Sequence record: NC_135728.1
Direction: 5' to 3' (one strand)
DNA from: a phage
DNA length: 64,000 nucleotides
Below are positions 45,540-54,242 of the stretch, piece by piece; positions within the stretch are counted from its first letter, which is position 1, and every line of letters starts with the position of its first letter. Position numbers and translations under genes: made by a program. The notes beneath the pieces were generated by a model, which searched no databases, was not told the DNA's origin, and worked only from the letters and a program-made list of their open reading frames with translations.

Positions 45540-45719
45540 TTAACGATAATCATCGTACGCTTTATTAACCTGGCGAATATAACATTCAAAAGCTAGATCA
45601 ATAGATTCATATTCACGGATATACTCACCATAGGAAACCACATACATTTCTATAGCTTCCTCATATGCGAGGAGAATAGAATCTAAGCCTACGATCTCGG
45701 TCTTTGCAATAATAGCCAT
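45540..45719 (-). CDS. hypothetical protein, 59 aa
   Basis: AAAGAGGATAAAAATC before ATG; just under track threshold. Confidence 0.4.
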   Translation of the reverse strand: MAIIAKTEIVGLDSILLAYEEAIEMYVVSYGEYIREYESIDLAFECYIRQVNKAYDDYR

Positions 45720-45794
45720 GATTTTTATCCTCTTTGTGGTTGGTGGGGCTTGTTGCTCCCTTTGATTTATATATTACAGTTTTATATGGTCATG

Positions 45795-46028
45795 TCAACT
45801 ATTTTCAAAAAATTTTTCTGCTGTGATATTCTTCCCGGTAGGGTTCGCTACTTTCAAAATTCTATCATGCACCGGACGCCCGAAAGAATAAGATCCGTAT
45901 ACAGTAAACCAATAATCACCGTCAGGCTGTACTATTACCGCCGCATATGGTACGCCTTTTTCGTTTTTGCTGACAAAATAGATCACATTGCCATTAATAG
46001 CCTCAGCGCGTTTAATTTGTTCCATCAT
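45795..46028 (-). CDS. hypothetical protein
   Basis: AGAGAGGTAAAT leader. Confidence 0.5.
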   Translation of the reverse strand: MMEQIKRAEAINGNVIYFVSKNEKGVPYAAVIVQPDGDYWFTVYGSYSFGRPVHDRILKVANPTGKNITAEKFFENS

Positions 46029-46082
46029 GATGATTTACCTCTCTTTATTTTCATAATTGGGGCCTTTTCGGCCCCGCCAGGT

Positions 46083-46367
46083 TTATTTATTGATAGCGTG
46101 CAGCGGGAAAGCTACGCCAGGTTGATAAATAACCTTTACAACCTCATCAGGACAAAAGAAGTTGCAGAACTCACCGCAGTAGGCCTCATCCTCTTTCAAC
46201 TCTTCATTAACATACTCAAAAAAGTAGTCGATGCTTGGATAATCCTGGCCGGGATTATAGTCAACCATCGTTAATAATAACTCTTGATCATTCCGTAGGA
46301 TATGCATACCCGCTTTTAAGTATTTTGCTTCCATTTCTACTACATCGCCAGCGGTAACAATAGCCAT
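46083..46367 (-). CDS. hypothetical acidic protein
   Basis: TAGGAG RBS. Confidence 0.5.
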   Translation of the reverse strand: MAIVTAGDVVEMEAKYLKAGMHILRNDQELLLTMVDYNPGQDYPSIDYFFEYVNEELKEDEAYCGEFCNFFCPDEVVKVIYQPGVAFPLHAINK

Positions 46368-46500
46368 GATTTTAACTCCTATCTATCTGGTCAATGATTG
46401 GGGGCCTCCCCCCTCGACAACTCTTATTATCCATATTGTCGGGAATGATGCAAGTACTTCTTTAAAAATTTTTTAAGCGCCTTAGGGCCGTTGTAACGTC

Positions 46501-46531
46501 AAAACAATAAAGGCTATGCGATTGCATAGCC
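46501..46531 (-). terminator. rho-independent terminator
   Basis: On minus strand GGCTATGC-AATC-GCATAGCC followed by TTTATTGTTTT. Confidence 0.5.
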
Positions 46532-46569
46532 TGCTAGTGTTTAGGTCGCTGTAGGCCCTGCCTGGGGCC

Positions 46570-46920
46570 TTATTTTGCATTCTTGCCTGTATTGCCGCCA
46601 CGGTACCAGCGTTTGCGGTGAAAATGGTAATAATCCCCCTCGGCATTAAACATCAGATGATTTTCAATAACCAGCTTACGAAGGTGGGCCGGATCTTGTT
46701 CCATTCTTGCCAGATTCCGGCGGCTGTTACGTAAACGGATAAATTCCATATTCAGGCCGTTGATTGCAGCATGGATGTTAAAGTAACCACCTTTGAGACG
46801 TTCACGCATGGCGTTAAGCTCAACACAATATACAGATTTCTCACAAATCAAGGTATTAGCTAGGGCGCGGACCTGGGCAAGGGGGTTAAGCTCATTAAGG
46901 TAATATAATTTAACTTTCAT
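46570..46920 (-). CDS. hypothetical protein
   Basis: AGGTGA RBS. Confidence 0.5.
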   Translation of the reverse strand: MKVKLYYLNELNPLAQVRALANTLICEKSVYCVELNAMRERLKGGYFNIHAAINGLNMEFIRLRNSRRNLARMEQDPAHLRKLVIENHLMFNAEGDYYHFHRKRWYRGGNTGKNAK

Positions 46921-46937
46921 AAAATCACCTGTTGAAA

Positions 46938-47246
46938 TTAGTTTGAGAAAACATCGTTCACAATAGCGATCACAATGCCGCTCACCTTGTCACGGTCAAC
47001 AATGCACAAATCACCATAGATCATGTGGTAGTCTGGATGATCTTTCACAGAATAGTCAATAAGTGTTTTCTTGTCATCCAGCTTCGTAACTTCCATTCTC
47101 ATAACGATATGAGAATCATCAAAGGCATTATTCCGAAAAGTCATAGCCTGACCGCCAGGGCACCCAGTGATCTCCACTTCCACACCATCTACGATCTGAC
47201 CATCAAAGAAATAAAGATTATTAGCCTGGATAAACATGTCTATCAC
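46938..47246 (-). CDS. hypothetical protein
   Basis: AAGGAG RBS. Confidence 0.5.
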   Translation of the reverse strand: MIDMFIQANNLYFFDGQIVDGVEVEITGCPGGQAMTFRNNAFDDSHIVMRMEVTKLDDKKTLIDYSVKDHPDYHMIYGDLCIVDRDKVSGIVIAIVNDVFSN

Positions 47247-47281
47247 TCCTTGTTAACTGCGTGGTATTTTAACAGGGTTTA

Positions 47282-47311
47282 AATTTACTTTATTGATGGC
47301 CCTGGAGTCAA
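47282..47311 (-). promoter_or_regulatory. conserved promoter-hairpin element, copy 1 (TTGACT-18-TAAATT)
   Basis: One of three near-identical 48-bp elements; hairpin GATGGCC/GGCCATC spans the -35 and spacer. Confidence 0.5.
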
Positions 47312-47330
47312 GGCCATCTAAAAATAAATT

Positions 47331-47531
47331 TTACAGGCCTACAATCTCTTTGATTCGTTTAACCGCTGCCTCAGCGCCTTGGGGGTAAAAATTATGGTAA
47401 CCAATCACGCGAGTGATACTAATCGCCGTTTGATGATCTTCATAGTCGCCCTTGAAGATTTCTTGACCGTCAATCAGCACGGCAATTTTTTCTTCTTTTT
47501 TGAAGTTAATAACGCGGATATTGTTGCTCAT
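47331..47531 (-). CDS. hypothetical protein
   Basis: AAGGAGA RBS. Confidence 0.5.
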   Translation of the reverse strand: MSNNIRVINFKKEEKIAVLIDGQEIFKGDYEDHQTAISITRVIGYHNFYPQGAEAAVKRIKEIVGL

Positions 47532-47632
47532 TTTGTTTCTCCTTTCTGGTTTTTGTGGTGGTGGGGATTAGCTCCCCCCGTTGATTGTTATTATCCACAT
47601 TCCGGACCGGATTGCAACACCCCGGAAGAAAA

Positions 47633-47647
47633 TTTTTTTTTTTTTTT
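47633..47647. repeat. T15 homopolymer tract (A15 on the coding strand)
   Basis: Fifteen consecutive T; flanked by DnaA-box-like TTATCCACA at about 47589 and hairpin GGCCCCC-ATGATC-GGGGGCC. Confidence 0.8.
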
Positions 47648-47678
47648 AAAGATAGGCCCCCATGATCGGGGGCCGTTA

Positions 47679-47798
47679 TCAGTTACTTACAGCGATAAAA
47701 TACATCCCTACGCCTAACAATATTTCAAGGGCGATGATCTCAAGCCATACCATAGCACGGCGCGCCTTATCGGTGCGGGGCTTATCCTTGGTTGTCAT
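47679..47798 (-). CDS. small membrane protein, 39 aa
   Basis: GGAGGGAAGGGGGAG RBS; MTTKDKPRTDKARRAMVWLEIIALEILLGVGMYFIAVSN. Confidence 0.35.
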   Translation of the reverse strand: MTTKDKPRTDKARRAMVWLEIIALEILLGVGMYFIAVSN

Positions 47799-47818
47799 CG
47801 TCTCCCCCTTCCCTCCTG

Positions 47819-48040
47819 TTAGCAGTTACGTGGTTTGCAATGGCCCCCAGGAGTATTATCACCACGCACATTGCAAGAAAAATTATCTCTGTCGTTGTTC
47901 GATCCATTGTTATAAAATTCCTCAAGATCAGGCCTGAAAATAAAGCGTTCGTTATTGAATCCGTCACGCCAGGCGGCTGGCTTCAAATCTTCACTAAAGG
48001 GATTAATTAACGTGGCATTATTTAAACGGTTGGCCCACAT
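47819..48040 (-). CDS. hypothetical protein (alternative to track ORF 47782-47967)
   Basis: ATG after AGAGGAA (MWANRL...); overlaps a competing frame. Confidence 0.35.
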   Translation of the reverse strand: MWANRLNNATLINPFSEDLKPAAWRDGFNNERFIFRPDLEEFYNNGSNNDRDNFSCNVRGDNTPGGHCKPRNC

Positions 48041-48389
48041 ATTTTCTATTCCTCTCAAATAGGCGATCCGCCTCAGTTAAACATATCTCATGGGCTTGAT
48101 CTCTGGTTTTAGCCTCATCAAAAACCTGTTGTGCCAGGCTGCAGCGTAGGGAGACTGGAAGATCGCTATAATAGGCGTTGACAAACGTTTGAGCGTCGTA
48201 CAGGTCTGAAAATACTTTACCCTTTCTATTATTCCCCTTGTCAACAATTGCAAGGATAACCAATACAATAGTTGCGACTACCCCCAGGAAAATAGATATA
48301 ATAAACCATAAAAAGGCGGATCTTCCCATCTTGCCAGCGATCCAGGCGTTAAACAAGGCAACCAATACAGCCAAAATAATAAATTCCAT
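48018..48389 (-). CDS. membrane protein (two TM helices)
   Basis: Start MEFIILAVLVALF after AGAGGT; second TM FLWFIISIFLGVVATIVLVILAIV. Confidence 0.5.
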   Translation of the reverse strand: MEFIILAVLVALFNAWIAGKMGRSAFLWFIISIFLGVVATIVLVILAIVDKGNNRKGKVFSDLYDAQTFVNAYYSDLPVSLRCSLAQQVFDEAKTRDQAHEICLTEADRLFERNRKYVGQPFK

Positions 48390-48453
48390 TCTATGTACCT
48401 CTTTTACAGTTCTGATTAACAATAAGGCGGCAAATATGCCGCCTGTTACCTGA

Positions 48454-48834
48454 TTAAAAATTATCGCCGTAAATCTTTCCGCTTTCTACCCATACCACCA
48501 CGCGAGGCATACTATCCCACACGTCTTGTTTTAGATTGAGCGCGTGCAATTCTTCGGTGGTGCTCATACCGGGCACGGGCTGATTGTATACTGCAAAACG
48601 ACCGCCTGCATAATCATAGGCCAGGGTTAAATCACACTGGATCATCTTTTTGATCATGGCATTAAGCATGGCGTTAGCCGCATATTGATCACGTTTTAAA
48701 GGCAACTCTTTGATTAGTTTGCGATAGTTTTCGATATGGTCGCACACTGTTTCACGTGGAAGATCTTTCATATCCTCGCGAAAGGTAACCAGGTTAAACA
48801 TAACGGTGTCAATGGCTTTAGTGGTGCTTTTCAT
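48454..48834 (-). CDS. hypothetical protein
   Basis: Leader CCACACAAAACAAAGAGGAAAAC. Confidence 0.5.
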   Translation of the reverse strand: MKSTTKAIDTVMFNLVTFREDMKDLPRETVCDHIENYRKLIKELPLKRDQYAANAMLNAMIKKMIQCDLTLAYDYAGGRFAVYNQPVPGMSTTEELHALNLKQDVWDSMPRVVVWVESGKIYGDNF

Positions 48835-48922
48835 GATGTTTTCCTCTTTGTTTTGTGTGGGGCAAACGTCTTGCCCCTTGAGTTTTAATATAGCAGGTTT
48901 TTAGGTTATTGCAACACTTTAT

Positions 48923-49546
48923 TTATGAAAAAGTCATCTCGCCATATTCATCCACATCAAACCGCCAATCATTGGCCTCGATAAGGCCGATCAGGTTTTC
49001 GGTAGTAAATTGTTCAAGATAAGCTTGCTCCAGGTCTACGTAAACCTTGCGGGATAGCTCCCGTACCGTCTCGGTGATCAGCTCTTCCAGCTCTTCAACT
49101 TTGTCCTCTTGCTTGGTGGTCAGGTCTAGCCAATTAGTATCGATGCACCCTCCTATTGTGTTTTCGTGGTGATAATGGCTAAACGGGATACGTTCAACAC
49201 TGGCTGATAGTTCGCCATCGTGCATTGTGCCGAACAAGTGACGAATTGATCGGAACTTGGTCAGGGCCTTTACTTTACGCAAGAATTTTTCTAAATCCAC
49301 GTTTTCCGCACTGATTGACGCGCCGTCACCCTGGCACCAAAAGCCTGACCAATGTACTTCGGTATCTTCAAGGCCATACTCTGGAAAAACATATTCTTTA
49401 TAGTATTCAATTACACTTTCTGCAAAAAAGTTATCCCCGCTGTGTTCTTCTCTTTCGCGTACCATTTCAATGGCTTTTTCTTTTTGTTCGTCGGTCAGCA
49501 CGTCGAAAGATAAATTGTAACCTGTGGTAATGTTAACGGTGGTCAT
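48923..49546 (-). CDS. hypothetical acidic protein (207 aa)
   Basis: CAGGAGAAAATAT leader; no confident motif. Confidence 0.5.
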   Translation of the reverse strand: MTTVNITTGYNLSFDVLTDEQKEKAIEMVREREEHSGDNFFAESVIEYYKEYVFPEYGLEDTEVHWSGFWCQGDGASISAENVDLEKFLRKVKALTKFRSIRHLFGTMHDGELSASVERIPFSHYHHENTIGGCIDTNWLDLTTKQEDKVEELEELITETVRELSRKVYVDLEQAYLEQFTTENLIGLIEANDWRFDVDEYGEMTFS

Positions 49547-49621
49547 GATATTTTCTCCTGTTTTCTTTGTTAGTGGCGGGAAGTTTTCCCGCCTATGTTT
49601 TTTAATTATACTTATTGAGAT

Positions 49622-49882
49622 TTACTTGTCAACACTATTTTTTAAATTATTGTGGCGCAAAATGTTTAAAATCTTCTCAACGTCATCAACACGGCGGCAA
49701 TTTTTAAACGCTACCAATTGCCCCATGATTTTAATCACTGGGCGGCCTTGCCAGTGCCCCTGAAGAAAGCGCGCCTTGACTTTATCGGTGGAACTATCAC
49801 GCCACCAAATAGCCTTGTTGTTGCAGTAGTAAAAATTATTCAGGATAACATCAACTTTATCAAAATTTTTTAATTTACGCAT
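49622..49882 (-). CDS. hypothetical protein
   Basis: AAAGGAGTAAACGCC leader. Confidence 0.5.
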   Translation of the reverse strand: MRKLKNFDKVDVILNNFYYCNNKAIWWRDSSTDKVKARFLQGHWQGRPVIKIMGQLVAFKNCRRVDDVEKILNILRHNNLKNSVDK

Positions 49883-49914
49883 GGCGTTTACTCCTTTCTC
49901 TCTTTGATGTGGTT

Positions 49915-49942
49915 AGTATAGCTAACCTGTTGACGATGTCAA
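49915..49942 (-). promoter_or_regulatory. sigma70-like promoter TTGACA-16-TATACT
   Basis: Read on minus strand upstream of gene 49622-49882. Confidence 0.5.
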
Positions 49943-50063
49943 TGATATTTTTAACGCCACAAAACGGCCCTGGGCGATGTTTTCAGGTTAAAGGGGGCGA
50001 TTGCATAGGTGGGGGGCCTTTTTGGCACTTATAGGGCCAACCAGGGGCGCTATTCGTAGGGTA

Positions 50064-50093
50064 GAAATAAAAAGCCCCGCACGATGGCGGGGC
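50064..50093 (-). terminator. rho-independent terminator
   Basis: On minus strand GCCCCGC-CATCGT-GCGGGGC followed by TTTTTATTTC. Confidence 0.65.
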
Positions 50094-50101
50094 GTTGGTT
50101 G

Positions 50102-50299
50102 TTAGTTGCCTTTGTGGCGGTATCGTTCCGCCTGCCGTTCACGTTCCAAAAGGAGGCCCGGCAATTTACGATCATAATGATTTCGCCAGATCTTCCCAAA
50201 TCTTTTTGGCTTATTCAGTTTATTGTTACGCTGGCGGCGTTCCGGCAGCTCTTCGGAATCATGAGATCGCTTTACAATTTTCTCAAAATTAATCTTCAT
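50102..50299 (-). CDS. small basic (Arg/Lys-rich) protein
   Basis: Start MKINFEK after GGGGGGAATAT; overlaps upstream gene end. Confidence 0.4.
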   Translation of the reverse strand: MKINFEKIVKRSHDSEELPERRQRNNKLNKPKRFGKIWRNHYDRKLPGLLLERERQAERYRHKGN

Positions 50300-50642
50300 A
50301 TATTCCCCCCTTGCTAACTTCAATATTGGCCTGAATAGCCCGGATACGGCGCTTTATAACTTCCTGATCTGTGTGATCGTATCCCCAAAAGTCCACAATT
50401 TTTGCGCCCCCTGCCTCCAAGCGGTATAGTGTTTCCTGCATCTTGTAAGCCGGGATCGGTCGCGGTGTTACTTGGTCACCTTCTTTATTTTTATACTTTA
50501 TAATATAATCTTCGTTATCGTTGAATGTCCAAAATGGATATTCTGCAAGGGCGGTACTTCCTCTTTCCTTTTTATCCTGGATCTTGTTTACAATTAAAGC
50601 CGTAGCAATAGCGCCAATAATAAAACTAGCCCCGCTGATCAT
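50289..50642 (-). CDS. membrane-anchored protein (N-terminal TM helix)
   Basis: MISGASFIIGAIATALIV; AAAGGAGAAAGTA leader. Confidence 0.5.
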   Translation of the reverse strand: MISGASFIIGAIATALIVNKIQDKKERGSTALAEYPFWTFNDNEDYIIKYKNKEGDQVTPRPIPAYKMQETLYRLEAGGAKIVDFWGYDHTDQEVIKRRIRAIQANIEVSKGGIYED

Positions 50643-50716
50643 GTACTTTCTCCTTTCAAGGTGTTAATAAATTATCTTTATAGATGGCCCTGCAGCCAGG
50701 ACCACCGAAAAAATAA

Positions 50717-50962
50717 CTATTTCACAATGCCTACAAAACAGATCCCGCCTTCACCTATATAAGCAATATCGGTCACTTTGTAGTTGGTCAAGATCTGTTT
50801 ATTTAGATCATTAATAAAATCGGTCATTGCGTTGGTGTAGTTGTCTTCCGTATCTAAGGCATAATCCCAGGTGTAAACCTTTTTACGTCCGAAGCCTTTT
50901 ACCATGATACGGGCGCTTTTGGTGTTGGTAGGGGCATAATATTTGGTGATTAGTGCTGCCAT
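50717..50962 (-). CDS. hypothetical protein
   Basis: ATAGGAG RBS. Confidence 0.5.
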   Translation of the reverse strand: MAALITKYYAPTNTKSARIMVKGFGRKKVYTWDYALDTEDNYTNAMTDFINDLNKQILTNYKVTDIAYIGEGGICFVGIVK

Positions 50963-51004
50963 GGTTTTAACTCCTATGCATTAGTTCAGTGTTAACAGTA
51001 TAAA

Positions 51005-51034
51005 GTTTACTTTATTGATGGCCCTGGTGTCAAG
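51005..51034 (-). promoter_or_regulatory. conserved promoter-hairpin element, copy 2 (TTGACA-18-TAAACT)
   Basis: Near-identical to copies 1 and 3. Confidence 0.5.
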
Positions 51035-51051
51035 GCCATCTAAAAATAAAC

Positions 51052-51393
51052 TTACTCGTTTTCTTCCAGCTCCGCAAGCTCTTCTTTTGCTTCTTCCAAC
51101 TCTGTCTGCAATTCCTGATATTCTTCATCGTCCTCAATATCCAGGCTGTCGATGTAGTCGCTAAATCCGCAGCGGTAAGCGATAGGATCTAGCTCCTTGA
51201 GGATACGCGACGGAAGAAAAGAAATGTTTCCGATCATAATTTCGCCGTAGATCTCGTCCAACCATTCATCATAGTTTTCGTCGTACTTGTCCTCGTCGAT
51301 TTCAAAGTTATCGATCTTATTCTCAAGGTCTGCGATCTGTTTTTTCAGGGCAGCGATCTGAATAGCTTTTTCTGCGGCGGTCATAGTAGTCAT
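51052..51393 (-). CDS. acidic coiled-coil protein
   Basis: AAAGGAGAAAAACACC leader. Confidence 0.5.
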   Translation of the reverse strand: MTTMTAAEKAIQIAALKKQIADLENKIDNFEIDEDKYDENYDEWLDEIYGEIMIGNISFLPSRILKELDPIAYRCGFSDYIDSLDIEDDEEYQELQTELEEAKEELAELEENE

Positions 51394-51472
51394 GGTGTTT
51401 TTCTCCTTTTGTGTGTTCTGGGAAGTTTTCCCGTTTATGTGTTTAGTATACTGATCTAAGTTAGCTTGTCAA

Positions 51473-51592
51473 TTAAAAGTTTAAGAAAAATTTTGCGACA
51501 CTGTTGGCGCTACCCATCAACATTTGCGCCAGGATGTAACCAATGATGCAAACGATAATAGTTACCTTTGTGTGCTGGCGTGTAGTACTCAT
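51473..51592 (-). CDS. small membrane protein, 39 aa
   Basis: AGGGGG RBS; MSTTRQHTKVTIIVCIIGYILAQMLMGSANSVAKFFLNF. Confidence 0.35.
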   Translation of the reverse strand: MSTTRQHTKVTIIVCIIGYILAQMLMGSANSVAKFFLNF

Positions 51593-51624
51593 CTTCAAGC
51601 CCCCTTTTTAGCTTAACTGGGATT

Positions 51625-51654
51625 AGTTTACTTTATTGATGGCCCTGGTGTCAA
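51625..51654 (-). promoter_or_regulatory. conserved promoter-hairpin element, copy 3 (TTGACA-18-TAAACT)
   Basis: Near-identical to copies 1 and 2. Confidence 0.5.
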
Positions 51655-51672
51655 GGCCATCTAAAAATAAAC

Positions 51673-52068
51673 TTAGTAAGTTTTCAGTACTTTCCCGTCC
51701 AGTCTGTCAAGCTGGATCTCGATAGCTGCAGAAAACCTATTATAAACCACATCGCCCATGGAGTCCAGCCAATCTATGACGTTATACACCTGCTCTTTAT
51801 TCTTGCAAGTCCGGATCCGTTTCATTACGTAAGACGGATCAATATTAGTGCTCTCGTTGTTGTGGTCATGCGCCTGGCCTGCTGCATTAGTTATAGATTT
51901 TACAACCACCTGAAAGGGCTTTAAGGTGCCTTTTGCGTTCATCTCACGCGCTTTTGCGGCGCGGTTGTTATATGTTACACAACGGCGGCAAATGTTGACC
52001 AAATGCATATCAATAATTTTTTCATCGTTTGCCAGTTCGTTCATGATGCGGCGTACGTTCTTATTCAT
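51673..52068 (-). CDS. hypothetical protein
   Basis: AACACAAAGGAAAAAGATC leader preceded by GGCGGGAA-ACAT-TCCCGCC hairpin. Confidence 0.5.
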   Translation of the reverse strand: MNKNVRRIMNELANDEKIIDMHLVNICRRCVTYNNRAAKAREMNAKGTLKPFQVVVKSITNAAGQAHDHNNESTNIDPSYVMKRIRTCKNKEQVYNVIDWLDSMGDVVYNRFSAAIEIQLDRLDGKVLKTY

Positions 52069-52150
52069 GATCTTTTTCCTTTGTGTTGGCGGGAAACATT
52101 CCCGCCTTTTGTGCCTAGTTTACTTGAATTTTGCAGCGTGTCAATGATTT

Positions 52151-52549
52151 TTATTCGTGGGCGCATGTTACAATGTGCTTTTTATAGCCTAGATGATCAG
52201 CAAGTGCCGACAAAAACTCTTCTTCATAGATCCAGCCGTTGGCAGTGATCCCCATAGCATTTAATGCGCTCTCAAGTGCTGCGTTAGCTTTATCATAACC
52301 GTATCCGCTGGCCTTGCCGCCAGTATAACCGTACTTATTGTTCTTGCTGTCGTGCATCCAAAAGACGCAATAATGAGTATTACCGCTGGAGGCGGCATAA
52401 TACCGGATCTCAGCTACTTCGTGCAAATTATTGTCATCGTCCAGGCCCACCAGATTATAAGCCTTATAAAATCCACGATCACGGCGGCAGTTCTTGACAT
52501 CAGAAAAAGAAAAGTCCGCATTATCAAAATTAAAGGTGGTGGTTTTCAT
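52151..52549 (-). CDS. hypothetical protein
   Basis: AAGAGGATAAAATC leader. Confidence 0.5.
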   Translation of the reverse strand: MKTTTFNFDNADFSFSDVKNCRRDRGFYKAYNLVGLDDDNNLHEVAEIRYYAASSGNTHYCVFWMHDSKNNKYGYTGGKASGYGYDKANAALESALNAMGITANGWIYEEEFLSALADHLGYKKHIVTCAHE

Positions 52550-52613
52550 GATTTTATCCTCTTAGTGTCTTTTGTGCTTTTAGTGTATTTGGTGTCGTAC
52601 TATATGTCAATAC

Positions 52614-52811
52614 TTATTTTTTATTAAACCAGTGGTTGATCTGGCCTTTTGTCAGGGCGCAACGATTAAGCTGTTGCCGGGTATAGCTCTGACCACGACG
52701 GAATTTATAAAGGCCTTGCCCGTTGTTGATGGTTACATCCACCCGGCAAATCACTTGATCCGTGACCACCTGGCGAGTGTTGCGACGTACTTTGATTCCG
52801 TAGGCGTTCAT
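52614..52811 (-). CDS. hypothetical protein
   Basis: AAAGAGGATAAAAAATC leader. Confidence 0.5.
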   Translation of the reverse strand: MNAYGIKVRRNTRQVVTDQVICRVDVTINNGQGLYKFRRGQSYTRQQLNRCALTKGQINHWFNKK

Positions 52812-52899
52812 GATTTTTTATCCTCTTTGTTAATTAGTGCGGTGTTGTTCACCTTGCGATAATAAGAATAACAAGAACTGCCCGAGCTGTCAACCATTA

Positions 52900-53860
52900 T
52901 GTAAAATTATTTTTTGGGTAGAATTCTCCAGCCGCCACCCCTGCCAGGTTTGCAAGCTTTCACTCTCCCACCTGGTCAGTTAGGTCCTGCTAGGGCTGGC
53001 CCCGCCAGGTTGCAGCAGTTGACGCACTATGTTAGAAAAATTTTTTGAAAAGTGTTGACAACGGCCCCACCAGGTGGCACAATATACATATCGAAAGGAC
53101 GGCAGGCACCGGTGACGGGGGAGACAACCACCGGGGATGGGCGCTGCATAAAATGAGAACGGTTATCATTATCATTTAAAAATTTATGCAAAAAGTCCTT
53201 GCTTTCTTTGTCCTGTGTGATACTATAATAACAAGCCGGGGCAGCAGGGGCCGGGAGACAATCACCGGGCCTGCCCGTTATTCTGCAAACGAGAATGATT
53301 ATCATTCAAAATTCTAAATGAGAACTCCTCGCATTTAATAAATTTAATTAGCATGCTAATTACCATCCGTAACAATTTCCTATAAAACAGTATCCACTAA
53401 AATATTCCCATATAGAAATTTTAAAAATCCATTTCTGAAAACGAAAAATCGATTTCGTCCCCAAAAATTTCAGGTCGAGAGCCGGAACGATTTCCAGAAA
53501 ATCCGATTCAGAAAACGAAAAACAGATCGAGTACTGAGAAATTTATCGAGAAAAATTTTCAGAAAATTCAATCTTTGAAATGAAAAACAGATCGAGTACC
53601 TGGAAAGCTGCACCGCAACTTCAAGATAGTGGTTAGATTGTTACCATAGAAGGTCAAGGGTAAGTGGAGGGAGTTATAGTAGAAGGATGTGAGTATGTGC
53701 AGGAAATCTGTAATGGTGGTCTGGAATATGGTGCAAACGATAGGATGGGTGATTCAGCTTGTCGCGCCCACTCTGAAAAAATCCATTTTAGTTTTCGATC
53801 CATTTTCTGATTTTCTAAGGATTTTAAAATATCCAGCCCGGTGAAATATCAAAAGGAGGA
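52900..53860. repeat. about 1 kb ORF-poor region with several direct-repeat families
   Basis: CC..CCAGGT-type motifs; two related 80-nt units containing GGGAGACAA(C/T)CACCGGG and GAGAA(C/T)G(G/A)TTATCATT; three GAAAACGAAAAACAGATCGAGTAC-type repeats about 70 bp apart; AAATCCATTTTAG repeats. Confidence 0.55.
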
Positions 53861-53882
53861 AATCCATTTTAGAAATCCTCCT
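53846..53882 (-). terminator. probable rho-independent terminator
   Basis: On minus strand GGAGGA-loop-TCCTCC followed by TTTTGATATTTC, just past gene 53913-54242. Confidence 0.45.
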
Positions 53883-53912
53883 TACACTTGATATGCCAGG
53901 AATTTTCAAGTA

Positions 53913-54242
53913 TCAGCTGTCTTTGTTTTTAGGTTTGTACATGCGCAGAGGTATGGTCTTTGTAACATTCCATTTCCTCAACCCTTCCCAGCTCCAGTTG
54001 TGGGCGTGATACCCGGTTATGCATGCACTGCTGGCGTGATCATAGGCATAAGAGAACGCTATGCGTAACAGGTGGGGCCAGTCTCTCCACGGCTGTGGTC
54101 CGTAAGCCTTTCTCCAACACCGACATAAACTAAATGTCTCAAGAATAGGCAGGATAACAAATCCATACACCACCACCAAGATGATCAGCGCAATGATTGT
54201 CAGGAATACATACCCTGCAGTTGAAATGATGATCTCTGTCAT
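53913..54242 (-). CDS. membrane protein
   Basis: N-terminal TM IISTAGYVFLTIIALIILVVVYGFVILPIL; ATGA-coupled. Confidence 0.5.
   Translation of the reverse strand: MTEIIISTAGYVFLTIIALIILVVVYGFVILPILETFSLCRCWRKAYGPQPWRDWPHLLRIAFSYAYDHASSACITGYHAHNWSWEGLRKWNVTKTIPLRMYKPKNKDS

Noticed and set aside
53027-53305. Track ORF 53027-53305 (minus strand) in the repeat-rich region
   Set aside because: No RBS, composition driven by the repeats (Pro/Ala/Gly-rich), overlaps the paired 80-nt repeat units.
53400-53620. Possible CRISPR-like array suggested by regularly spaced repeats
   Set aside because: Repeats are imperfect (GAAAACGAAAAATCGATTTCG / GAAAACGAAAAACAGATCGAG / GAAATGAAAAACAGATCGAG), only three units, spacing irregular, and no cas genes in the window.
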